Source: a virus
Taxonomy: Duplodnaviria; Caudoviricetes
Virus record (IMG/VR): IMGVR_UViG_3300033480_000003
Coordinates: 1-49,631 of that record
Direction: 5' to 3' (one strand)
DNA: 49,631 nucleotides
Below are positions 17,558 through 25,997 of the stretch, piece by piece (position 1 is the stretch's first letter; each line of letters begins with the position of its first letter). The notes below the pieces were generated by a model. The model saw only the letters and a list, made by a program, of their open reading frames with translations. It was not told the DNA's origin and ran no database searches. Made by a program: the position numbers and the translations under genes.

Positions 17558-19116
17558 CAGTACCCCAAATTGGCAATGTTTTGGAAAGCGTTGGAATACA
17601 CCAACGGGGCGTTCTTCTCTTGCCAGAGCAACGGCCCAACGATTACCTGAATCACGGCGTCGGCGCTGTCGGTGGAGCGCCCCAATCGTTTGCGGATTTC
17701 TTCTTTGCTCTCCACCAACATCTTGCCATTGCTGCCGATGCGCTTGACGTGGGGCGCGGTCAGTTCGCCGGTCAGGGCGTCATCGGGCGGTAGGCAGACT
17801 TCAGCGCCGTTCTGGGGGTCTAGCAATTCCCGCATTAGCCACCACCCGGCGGCGCGCCAATTCTCGAAGCCGAGTTCCCCGCTGGCGTCAGATAGGTTCG
17901 TCGCCGCCCCCGCGTTGAAGGGTATCGAATCGCGCCCCATCTCGGTGAGGCGATGCTGCACCCCCGCGCCCAGGCCGATCACGTCCACCACCGCCACGCC
18001 ACCCTTTTTGAGGATGGCATTCACTTCGCCGGCGATCTCCATCGTCGTGATGGAGGGGTCAATGGCGAAAGCCTTGCTGCGGATCTCGGATATCTTGCAA
18101 CCGTCGTAACACAAGGCCAGGGTGATCTTATCGCCACCCGTGCCGCCGCCCACGTCCACCCCCACGCCGGTAAACTGCCGCGCCGGGCGGCCTTGCTCAG
18201 TCCAGATTTCCCACCGCTCGTTGGCGGCCTCGACCCACACCAGGGGAATGATGCCGGTCGTCTGGGAGGTGGCGAATTCGCCCAATACCCGGTTCTGATA
18301 GACGGCGCTGCCCTCTCCCCACTGCGCCAAACGTTGCGCCGCCCATGCCGCGCTGATGCGCCCGGCGGCTTCGGCAGCGGCCAGGGTAATGTGGCGGGTT
18401 TGCCAATCCTCCAGCCCCGGCTTGTGATTGTGAATATCGAAAAAGCGGCCTTGCGGCTCGCCGGGGGTGCTGATGGCTAGGGCGAAAACCTCTTGCCCCG
18501 CGTTGCCGCCGTCGGTGGAGAATGCGCCTTCGGTAGCGTCCCAGATACCGTCCGGGATCGCCTTCGCTTCATCGTACACGTAACACACGGCGCTGGCGTG
18601 CATCCCCTCGATGAACGCTGGATCGTTGGAAGCCACGGCGAAAGCCTCACCCGTGCTTAGTTTCAGGTTGAGAGTCAGCAGTTCGTTCTGGGTAAACGGC
18701 GGGCGTCCGATCTTGTCCCAGCGTAACCGCCGCGCCCACTTGTGGACTTCGGGGAGCAGATAGAGCGACAGTTGCCGCCAGGCGCTCGCGGTCATGGCGA
18801 GTTTCCAATCCGTCACGCCGTCACGGGTCAGTGCAAACCATAGCACCACAATGGCAGCGGTCATCGTCTTTCCCGCGCCGTGCGGACTGCGTACCGCCAC
18901 GCGCCGCCGCTGTACCAGTTGGGTGAGGATGTCAGCCTGGTAATCTGTCAGGCCGTCGCCGGCATCCCAGCGCAGGCAGTCACGGGCAAAAGCGGCGGGG
19001 GCGTTGCGATAAGCCGCCTGAAACACGCTGTACCCCGACAACAGCGCGTCAAGTTTGGCTTGCTGCTCAGGCGTCAGGGTTTGCAGGCGGGCGTCAATGT
19101 CCAGCGTCATCCCCAT
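17557..19116 (-). CDS. terL: Terminase large subunit
   Basis: Walker A RSPHGAGKT, Walker B VYDEA, ISTP, RVLGEF, nuclease GVDVG and RSTD.ADA. Confidence 0.93.
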   Translation of the reverse strand: MGMTLDIDARLQTLTPEQQAKLDALLSGYSVFQAAYRNAPAAFARDCLRWDAGDGLTDYQADILTQLVQRRRVAVRSPHGAGKTMTAAIVVLWFALTRDGVTDWKLAMTASAWRQLSLYLLPEVHKWARRLRWDKIGRPPFTQNELLTLNLKLSTGEAFAVASNDPAFIEGMHASAVCYVYDEAKAIPDGIWDATEGAFSTDGGNAGQEVFALAISTPGEPQGRFFDIHNHKPGLEDWQTRHITLAAAEAAGRISAAWAAQRLAQWGEGSAVYQNRVLGEFATSQTTGIIPLVWVEAANERWEIWTEQGRPARQFTGVGVDVGGGTGGDKITLALCYDGCKISEIRSKAFAIDPSITTMEIAGEVNAILKKGGVAVVDVIGLGAGVQHRLTEMGRDSIPFNAGAATNLSDASGELGFENWRAAGWWLMRELLDPQNGAEVCLPPDDALTGELTAPHVKRIGSNGKMLVESKEEIRKRLGRSTDSADAVIQVIVGPLLWQEKNAPLVYSNAFQNIANLGY

Positions 19117-19525
19117 CTCCGAGTAGTGCTTTGATGCGGCGCGCGCGCTCTTCGGGGGTCAAGGTGATGTTGGTAGTTTCGATAGGCCCGCCGTCCTTGC
19201 CGGTAACTTGCACGTTATCCCCCCACGTTGCCCGGTCGCGGCGCTTGAGGTATTCCAGCGCCGCCCGCCAGTCGCCATCGTGGGCGGCTTTGGCGATGAC
19301 GGCGAGGTAATGATTGCGGGCTTGCGCTTCGGTGCGGCGGACTAAGCCGAAAAACTCGAAAAATACACCCCGCTTGGACGCTGCGCCTTGCTTCATCCAG
19401 TTGTTAAAAGTGTCGTAATCCACGCCAGCAGCTTCGGCGGCGTCCTTGTAGGTCGCGCCGATGATCAACGCCTTGATGATGGCGTCCTGCGTTTCCGGGG
19501 TGAACTTAGTCGGTCGGCCTGCCAT
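19094..19525 (-). CDS. terS: Terminase small subunit
   Basis: GRPTKFTPE plus HTH, DWRAA..L.RR, V.GKDGGPI; immediately upstream of TerL. Confidence 0.85.
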   Translation of the reverse strand: MAGRPTKFTPETQDAIIKALIIGATYKDAAEAAGVDYDTFNNWMKQGAASKRGVFFEFFGLVRRTEAQARNHYLAVIAKAAHDGDWRAALEYLKRRDRATWGDNVQVTGKDGGPIETTNITLTPEERARRIKALLGDGDDAGH

Positions 19526-20792
19526 CGTTCACCTTCACCGGTGCCAGTCCTAAATCTTGCAGCCGTTGCAGAGTAACCGCCACGTATTCCGGCGCGATCT
19601 CGATTCCACGCCCCAGGCGTCCTTGTCGCTCGCAGGCGACTAGGGTTGTGCCGCTGCCGAGGAATGGGTCGTAGACAATCGGCGCGTCGTGATTACGAAT
19701 AGGGCGCTCCATACATTCAAGCGGCTTTTGTGTGCTGTGCGGCTGTTTTTCTTCCTTGCTACCGCCCATAATGTGATGAGGTGAAGCAATATCCCAAACT
19801 GTTACTTCGTTATTAGGTCCAATCCAGCAAGCCGTTTTACCTTTGCGCACAGCATACCAGCACGGCTCGTGCTTATAGCTATAATGACTCCTACCAAATG
19901 CCGCGACTGTCTTGTTCCATATAACCTGCTGCTTTATTTCAAATCCTGCCGATTCAAGCCCGTCCGCTACCAATCTATTAAAACAAGTTGCGTGCCAGAC
20001 ATAGGCAACATCAACTTTTACCAAACAGTACGCTTCGCGCCAATCGGCGTTTTCATCCCAATCTATGCCTTTTGCCGATTGCGGTCCAGCTTGCGATATA
20101 CCGGCATCCTCCCGCCAGGATGTGTCGTGTTCAATTCCATACGGCGGGTCAGTCACCATCATCGTTGGTTTGTCGCCTTGTAAGCACTTCTCCACCACCG
20201 CCTTATCCGTGCAATCCCCGCATACCACCCGATGCACGCCGTTAGCCGTCTTTGACGGTATCTCCCACACGTCTCCAGCCTTGACGCCCCACACCGCCAG
20301 CAGTTCCTCAGCGCGATCCACCTGCGCCCCGGCGTCCACCGGCGCGGCCTCCGCTTCCCGCGCCGCCAGCATTTCGCGCAGGTTGGCGGCGTCATCGTTC
20401 CAAGCCGTGAGCGTCTCGGCGTCCAAGCCCCACCCGGTTAGCTCCTCAGTATCCCACGCCGCCAGCTTGTCCCAGTCGAAATGCCCCTGCGCCGTCCTGA
20501 GCAAGACCGCCAGCTTCTCGCGCTCTTTGCGCGTCAACTTGCGATTGGCGACGCGCACGGCAACCTCGAAATCCGGCCCGAATTCCTGCGCGGCGGCCCA
20601 CACTTGGCGGCGTTGGTGGCCGTCACAAATCATGCCGTCCGGCTCTATGGCAATGGTGGCGACTTGCCCGAAACTGCGCAGGGATTCCAGCAGCCGCGCC
20701 GCTTCCTCATGCCCGATGGCGGCGGGGTTGTCAGCCCACGGCGTCAACTCCGAGAGGCGGCGCGTGTCATTAGACCAAGCAATGTCACTCAT
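19506..20792 (-). CDS. ParB-like N-terminal domain plus DNA methyltransferase (N6A/N4C, beta class)
   Basis: NP/DGHQR ParB motifs; TDPPY, HSTQKP, DPFLGSGTT. Confidence 0.9.
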   Translation of the reverse strand: MSDIAWSNDTRRLSELTPWADNPAAIGHEEAARLLESLRSFGQVATIAIEPDGMICDGHQRRQVWAAAQEFGPDFEVAVRVANRKLTRKEREKLAVLLRTAQGHFDWDKLAAWDTEELTGWGLDAETLTAWNDDAANLREMLAAREAEAAPVDAGAQVDRAEELLAVWGVKAGDVWEIPSKTANGVHRVVCGDCTDKAVVEKCLQGDKPTMMVTDPPYGIEHDTSWREDAGISQAGPQSAKGIDWDENADWREAYCLVKVDVAYVWHATCFNRLVADGLESAGFEIKQQVIWNKTVAAFGRSHYSYKHEPCWYAVRKGKTACWIGPNNEVTVWDIASPHHIMGGSKEEKQPHSTQKPLECMERPIRNHDAPIVYDPFLGSGTTLVACERQGRLGRGIEIAPEYVAVTLQRLQDLGLAPVKVNDGRPTD

Positions 20793-20968
20793 TCGTACTC
20801 CTCACACAGTCCGCAGAACTGCAACCAGCCAGCATCTTCCGGCCTGACGTGGATCACGTCGCCCTCAGCGCAGTAGCGCAGAACGCCCGGCGCGGCGTTG
20901 TAATCCGGGTAATGCTTGCCGGTGATGCGGCAACGGAGCATGACAAATTCAGATAGCGGCGCGGTCAT
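20789..20968 (-). CDS. Hypothetical 59-aa protein (not in ORF track)
   Basis: MTAPLSEFVMLRCRITG...CEEYE*, GAGGAG RBS, overlaps on both sides. Confidence 0.5.
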   Translation of the reverse strand: MTAPLSEFVMLRCRITGKHYPDYNAAPGVLRYCAEGDVIHVRPEDAGWLQFCGLCEEYE

Positions 20969-21219
20969 GGTAGCTCCTCATTGTATTTCAAGGCGTCCAA
21001 AGCCACTAACGCCATATCTCGCACAGAATAAAACGCATAAATTAACATTGATCTATCTGGTTTGTATGTGGCGATACTATCCAATGCACGCCTGGCATAC
21101 TCGTATTTTTCAGATAGCCTAGCGTGGTTATTGGCAGATTCTTGTAGCACCCCGGTTATCAAATCGCATTCTGCGCACTCTGGTTTCATGCCACTCCTAC
21201 CCAATTGCTCAGACATCAT
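20965..21219 (-). CDS. Hypothetical protein
   Basis: ORF in operon context; AT-rich. Confidence 0.5.
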   Translation of the reverse strand: MMSEQLGRSGMKPECAECDLITGVLQESANNHARLSEKYEYARRALDSIATYKPDRSMLIYAFYSVRDMALVALDALKYNEELP

Positions 21220-21394
21220 CCCACCAATTTTTGGTATACCATATAATTACTGTTATAGTACTGCAATTCTGAGATTGTGTGATAAAAAAAACTGTAATAT
21301 CATCTTGATGCGATTCAATAAACTTATTCAATGTACACTCAATGTCAATAGAATTTCCATCTTTTTGATTAAATATAAATACTTTGCAATTCAT
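21209..21394 (-). CDS. Hypothetical protein
   Basis: AAGGAG RBS, ATGA overlap; AT-rich. Confidence 0.45.
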   Translation of the reverse strand: MNCKVFIFNQKDGNSIDIECTLNKFIESHQDDITVFFITQSQNCSTITVIIWYTKNWWDDV

Positions 21395-21687
21395 GCCAAC
21401 TCCTTGCCAAACTGCTCCATATACCAGCGAGCGGCGGCGCCGATCTCGCCCCCCCGCCTGGAAATGTCCGCAATGGTTTGTTTAGAAACATCGAACAAAC
21501 CGAATGTGCGCAGGACCCGGGCGCAGGCCGTGAGGTAGGCTTCCCGCCATTCGACGAAATCACGGGGGCGGTAGTACGTCACCACCCGCGCCAGCACGTC
21601 ATCGGGCAGGGCGTGCAATGGCTGCCCGGCGTGCTGGCCTTCGGGGAGCAGGTGGGCTTCGGCTGCGGTGATGGCGGCGGGGATCAT
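21391..21687 (-). CDS. DUF3820-like small protein
   Basis: LPEGQHAGQPLHALPDDVL resembles the MPFGK.KG..L..LP..YL motif; start MIPAA after GGAGG. Confidence 0.45.
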   Translation of the reverse strand: MIPAAITAAEAHLLPEGQHAGQPLHALPDDVLARVVTYYRPRDFVEWREAYLTACARVLRTFGLFDVSKQTIADISRRGGEIGAAARWYMEQFGKELA

Positions 21688-21812
21688 CCAAACACCTCCG
21701 GCTCTGCCGCGCACCACCCGCTCATATCCGCCGCGAGTGCCGCCGCCGTCTCAGGCGCTCCGGGCGGGGCGTCGCCCAGTACCAAAAACGCAGGGGTAAT
21801 TTTTGCCATAGG

Positions 21813-22091
21813 CTATGCCTCCGGCGCGCCATGCCGCTCCTCGACTATGTCCCGCAGATGTTGCAATTCCTGGCGGTTATAGCTGATAAACTCGTCCAGA
21901 CGCTCGGTATGCCCCTGGAGCATGGCGCGGATTTCGGTGAGGTTGCGATGAAAGATACGCTCCAGGTTAGTGATCCGGTTGTGAAATGCCGTCACATCCT
22001 CTTGCAACGTGGTCAGTTGTGAATCTATCTCAGATATGAATAGGGCAATCATATCTGCGATGGATACTGTCTCATTTTTGGATGGGGGCAT
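21813..22091 (-). CDS. Coiled-coil protein adjacent to the holin
   Basis: Heptad pattern; overlaps the holin 3' end. Confidence 0.5.
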   Translation of the reverse strand: MPPSKNETVSIADMIALFISEIDSQLTTLQEDVTAFHNRITNLERIFHRNLTEIRAMLQGHTERLDEFISYNRQELQHLRDIVEERHGAPEA

Positions 22092-22272
22092 TCGTGTACC
22101 ACACCCTGATAATCACCGCCACCACGCCCGACACGATCATTGATACCGACTGCCAGGTGATCGGCCCTTGCGTCAGCAGGCCGCCCACGAAATCCGCAAT
22201 TCCGGCGATAGTCAAGAGAATCGCCAGCCACACAGTTTTAGATGTATACCAGTTTTTCACAAGTGCCTCCAA
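22072..22272 (-). CDS. Holin-like two-TM protein
   Basis: KNWYTSKTVW N-terminus, two hydrophobic helices; likely GTG start after GGAGG. Confidence 0.6.
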   Translation of the reverse strand: MEALVKNWYTSKTVWLAILLTIAGIADFVGGLLTQGPITWQSVSMIVSGVVAVIIRVWYTNAPIQK

Positions 22273-22424
22273 TGTTTACCGCCGCGCCGCCGTCTAGCCA
22301 TTCCGGCCCTATCCTCTGCGATTGTCATGCACGGCGCAGCGGATTTGCTTTACAATGCCCGCCTGCCTCCCGGCGGTGGGCAAGGTGAATTATGAGGAGG
22401 TTTCAGCAGGCAAACCTTGATTCA

Positions 22425-22453
22425 ATTGTAAGGCGAATTGGAGGGCGTGTCAA
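22425..22453 (-). promoter_or_regulatory. Sigma70-type promoter for the late/structural region
   Basis: TTGACA-N17-TACAAT; shares GTATTGACACGCC with the 30824-30858 promoter. Confidence 0.65.
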
Positions 22454-22463
22454 TACTCACCGC

Positions 22464-23504
22464 CTAATTGCCATCTGCGAACAGCGATGATTGCCGCAGC
22501 GAATTCGTTGTTTCGACTACAGGGACCAGGCGCGGCTGGGCAATGGTGGAACGCAGCCGTTCAATGCTCAAATCCAGATAGGCGGCGCTCAGGTCAATGC
22601 CGATGTAATGGCGGCCTTCCTGCAAGGCGACCAGGCCCGTTGTGCCCGCACCGTTGAATGGGTCAAGGATTACGCTGCCCGCATAGCTCCCCGATAATAC
22701 GCACTTGCGCGCCAACTCCGGCGGCATGGTCGCGAAGTGCGCGCCGCTGTAGGGCGTCGTGGCGATGGTGAAAACGCTGCGGGCGTTGCGGGTGGCGGCG
22801 ACTGAGTAATCCGCCGCCGTACCCCCCAGGGTGCTGCTATCTGTGTTCTGTAACGCTTTGACCTTCCTGGTGTTGCCGTTGATATGCTTCTGCAAAGTTC
22901 CGCCGTGACTAGTCTGGCTACCCACCTCTTGTACCGCCACATTGTCATAAAAATACCGTTCGCTCTTTGCCAACAGGAAAACGTATTCGTGGCTCTTGGT
23001 TGGGCGATCCGTTACGCTTTCCGGCATAGGGTTGGGCTTATGCCAGATGCAATCGGCGCGCAGATACCACCCGGCAGACTGCAAAGCGAAGGCGACGCGC
23101 CAGGGAATACCGATGAGGTCTTTGGGCTTGAGGCCAGATTTTACATGTACTTGTTGTCTCTCTGCGGCCTTTGAAGTTACCGGCTTACCGTCAATTTCAC
23201 GCCCTTGTACGCTATCGTGGCGGCCTATCTCGCCACTGGCATAACTGTCTCCGAGATTAAGCCACAGCACGCCATCCGCCCGCAGCACGCGCCACACCTC
23301 TTCAAACACGGCAACGAGGCTGGCGACATAAGCCTCCGGGGTAGACTCTAAGCCAATCTGCCCATCGACTTTATAGTCACGCAAATTATAGTAAGGCGGT
23401 GACGTGACGCAACATTGCACGCTTTCGCTCGGCAGTGTCCGCAGCACGGCCAGCGCGTCGCCACAGTACAGCGTCACACCGGCGGCGGAATAGTAGGGCG
23501 TCAT
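22464..23504 (-). CDS. DNA methyltransferase (N4C/N6A, beta class)
   Basis: VTSPPY, IGIPWRVAFAL, W.KPNPMPES..DR.T.SHEY, HFA, DPF.G.GTT; start MTPYY at 23504. Confidence 0.92.
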   Translation of the reverse strand: MTPYYSAAGVTLYCGDALAVLRTLPSESVQCCVTSPPYYNLRDYKVDGQIGLESTPEAYVASLVAVFEEVWRVLRADGVLWLNLGDSYASGEIGRHDSVQGREIDGKPVTSKAAERQQVHVKSGLKPKDLIGIPWRVAFALQSAGWYLRADCIWHKPNPMPESVTDRPTKSHEYVFLLAKSERYFYDNVAVQEVGSQTSHGGTLQKHINGNTRKVKALQNTDSSTLGGTAADYSVAATRNARSVFTIATTPYSGAHFATMPPELARKCVLSGSYAGSVILDPFNGAGTTGLVALQEGRHYIGIDLSAAYLDLSIERLRSTIAQPRLVPVVETTNSLRQSSLFADGN

Positions 23505-23743
23505 TCCGCCTCCTCCGTGTACCGACTCTCCGGTCGCCACTCATACACCGGCAGCGTTTCTGACTCCCGCGCCGTCGCCCGTTGCGCTGTCGGCCACACC
23601 CGCAGCACTTCCCGCGCCAGGCGGCCTAGCTCGTCGCCGTCTCCGTGGTGCATGGACGCCACGGATTGCGCCAGGCGGTAAACGAGGGCAGTAGTGGCGG
23701 GGTCAAGCAAAGCGCCGTGGTAGGTCGTTAGGATGTTGCTCAT
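23501..23743 (-). CDS. Hypothetical protein
   Basis: AGGAGG RBS, ATGA overlaps. Confidence 0.55.
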   Translation of the reverse strand: MSNILTTYHGALLDPATTALVYRLAQSVASMHHGDGDELGRLAREVLRVWPTAQRATARESETLPVYEWRPESRYTEEAE

Positions 23744-23907
23744 GCTTTTTTCCTCCTGATGTTATGTCGCCGCAATAATTCATAGGTTGCCCGTTGGCTA
23801 ATTTTGCGCTGGCGGGCAACAGCGCGCTGGATGTCCTGCGCGACTTGGCTGATGCGGGTATGTGTCGGATAAAACGAAACGATGATAAACACTACGTTTT
23901 TGCTCAT
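23740..23907 (-). CDS. Hypothetical basic protein
   Basis: MSKNVVF start overlapping the upstream stop. Confidence 0.4.
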   Translation of the reverse strand: MSKNVVFIIVSFYPTHTRISQVAQDIQRAVARQRKISQRATYELLRRHNIRRKKA

Positions 23908-24191
23908 GTCGCCCGCCATTTCCAATCGGACGGCTCGAGGTAAAAACACGGCGCGTTGTCCCAGGTGTACACCCGCACGCGCCGCCCGCCTTCGGTAATG
24001 CGCCAACCGCGCCGAGGTGTGCCGTAGCGTTCCCGCGCCGCCCAGAGCAACCGCGCCAACCGTTGCGCCGCGCCGCACTCCGGGGGATAGCGCCGCCCGT
24101 TGCAGGTCACATACCGCCAGTACACCAGGTCGCGCGGGGTACAGCGGGAGCGCCAAATTTCGATGGTGTGGGCGGCGGGTGGGTTAGGCAT
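23904..24191 (-). CDS. Hypothetical protein
   Basis: MPNPPAA start, coupled ORF. Confidence 0.45.
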   Translation of the reverse strand: MPNPPAAHTIEIWRSRCTPRDLVYWRYVTCNGRRYPPECGAAQRLARLLWAARERYGTPRRGWRITEGGRRVRVYTWDNAPCFYLEPSDWKWRAT

Positions 24192-24468
24192 GGCGTCTCC
24201 GTTCAAACTCGGCGATAATCAGCGGTGCGCTCCAGCCGAGTATCGGCTCACCGCCGGGGCACACGGCAAAAAAGGCGCTCTCGGCCTCGGTCAGGGCAGC
24301 GCGGGGACTGCGCTTGATTTCGACCCACTCACAATGCTGCCCAGCGCATAGGATAATGTCGGGGATGCCGTTTCCCACCCGGCTCATATCCACCACCGTG
24401 TACCCGGCGGTGCGCAGTTCCAAGACGACCTGCTGATGGTTGGTATCAGTTTTGCGGCGGTAGGGCAT
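24184..24468 (-). CDS. VRR-NUC/PD-(D/E)XK nuclease (resolvase-like)
   Basis: D.N...V..LR..G, G.PD, VEIK, LT..E..F. Confidence 0.8.
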   Translation of the reverse strand: MPYRRKTDTNHQQVVLELRTAGYTVVDMSRVGNGIPDIILCAGQHCEWVEIKRSPRAALTEAESAFFAVCPGGEPILGWSAPLIIAEFERRRHA

Positions 24469-24469
24469 T

Positions 24470-24838
24470 TTAGGGCCTCCGGGATTCGCTCATAGTCGGC
24501 GTTACGCGGTTATGCCACAGAGCATGGCAATGCGGGCAAAGTTGCGCCGTCGGCCATTTATCAGCGTCATCGTTGAAAATGTAGCGCGGGGCCCAGTGGT
24601 GTGTTTCCGTACCATGCGCGCCGCAAACTGCGCATGGTTGGGATTGTTCTCTAAAATCAGCCACTATGGGCAGATCGGCAGCGTTGCTCGGTCTGGTCAA
24701 GAATGGATGGTTCGCTTTCCCGATCTTTTCAGATGTGACGTTTTCGCCACATTCCAGGCATTGGACAAAAACTTGCTCAGCGCCGTTCGTGGCGATCTGT
24801 TTTACAATGCGCGTTTTTGCATGATTACAATCCATCAT
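24470..24838 (-). CDS. HNH-like zinc-binding nuclease
   Basis: C..C, CAVCG...E.HH..P, LCP.CH..WH. Confidence 0.6.
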   Translation of the reverse strand: MMDCNHAKTRIVKQIATNGAEQVFVQCLECGENVTSEKIGKANHPFLTRPSNAADLPIVADFREQSQPCAVCGAHGTETHHWAPRYIFNDDADKWPTAQLCPHCHALWHNRVTPTMSESRRP

Positions 24839-25758
24839 TTCACCTCCAACGGGGCCGCAGCCCCATACTCGAAGCCGTCAATTATGGTTTTTTCGTCGTG
24901 TCCACTGCGTTCCCATCCAGGTGTAGCGGTAACAATGTCGATCATGGCGGAAAATGCCGTAGCGTAATCCATTGCGCCCCCAGCAATGTATCCACCTACT
25001 AACCGCGCCGCTTTGAGCAAAACTGTATGTTTCTCACCTACCACCGCCCTGGTAATCATTGCCTGTGCAATGTCTAGCACGTCGCCAGTTTTAGCGCCTT
25101 GCGCCTGGTACTGAGTTCGTGATGGTTCTGCGGGTAACATCCCGGTCAACTGATGCAGCGAGTACTCCATGTTCAGCCAGCGCACGAAAGCCACCTCCGG
25201 GAATTCTGGGGCATACTCTGGCTTCCAGTTGCGGCTCCCCGGCACGCGCAGCACCCGCGCCAAATCCGCCGCGCCCTTGTCGCCTTTGACGAATGCCACC
25301 CAGCGCTTTTCCAGGCTGCGCGCATACTCGCGGGTGTCGGCGTCAGTGAGCATGAGCGGCTTGTCCAGCAGCCAGTAGCAATGATAGCCGCCACCGCTGT
25401 CTATGATGACGGTCGGGGCGGGTGTCAAGAGGCGAATGTGGGTGAGTACCTCCAGTTTATCGCCGCCGGCCGGCGTGTCGAATTCGGCAAACAGGCAGTT
25501 GAGCGCCGCTATTTGCGCCAGTTGTGCGCGCACTTCGGCAGGGGGGCGGGGTTCATTGCGGGCATTGGTCGGGGGGATGACTGCGCAGGGGTTGACGCCA
25601 AAATATAGGTTACGGGAGAAGCCGGGTTTGATGGCGGTGGGGAGGGCGTCCACTGTGAACCAATACGAAATCTTGCCAGGATTTACCCAGAACATAGCCC
25701 ATTGGCCGCCGCGCCACAGGTGGGTAAACAGTTTTTTAGCTTGCTCATAATTGTCCAT
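24835..25758 (-). CDS. RepB-type (AEP-family) DNA primase
   Basis: LYFGVNP, LFAEFD, PT.IIDSGGGYHCYWLL, D.ARVLRVPG..N.K; start MDNYE after GGAGGAG. Confidence 0.85.
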   Translation of the reverse strand: MDNYEQAKKLFTHLWRGGQWAMFWVNPGKISYWFTVDALPTAIKPGFSRNLYFGVNPCAVIPPTNARNEPRPPAEVRAQLAQIAALNCLFAEFDTPAGGDKLEVLTHIRLLTPAPTVIIDSGGGYHCYWLLDKPLMLTDADTREYARSLEKRWVAFVKGDKGAADLARVLRVPGSRNWKPEYAPEFPEVAFVRWLNMEYSLHQLTGMLPAEPSRTQYQAQGAKTGDVLDIAQAMITRAVVGEKHTVLLKAARLVGGYIAGGAMDYATAFSAMIDIVTATPGWERSGHDEKTIIDGFEYGAAAPLEVK

Positions 25759-25771
25759 AGCTCCTCCGATG

Positions 25772-25997
25772 ATAACCAACCTACCAACTAACCAACGTGC
25801 TCCTATATATACTAAATCAACCTTGCCATACCATTCTTTTAAATCACTCTTTTTAAAAGATATCTCTATAGAAAGGTTGGTTGGTTGGTTAGGTTGGTTA
25901 TTTCATTTTTACCACTAGTAAAATTACAGTTCCTTCTATAATATGTAAACCCTAGAAAACATAACCAACTAGGCTAAGGTTGGTTATAGTTGGTTAT
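25772..25997. repeat. Putative replication origin: inverted AACC/GGTT iteron arrays around an AT-rich core
   Basis: ataaccaacctaccaactaaccaac (25772-25796) versus gttggttggttggttaggttggttat (25876-25901); further ATAACCAAC units at 25961-25997; between primase and helicase. Confidence 0.65.

Noticed and set aside
24184-24838. Restriction-modification system formed with the nearby methyltransferase
   Set aside because: The nucleases are small VRR-NUC and HNH-like proteins typical of phage replication modules, not evident type II restriction enzymes
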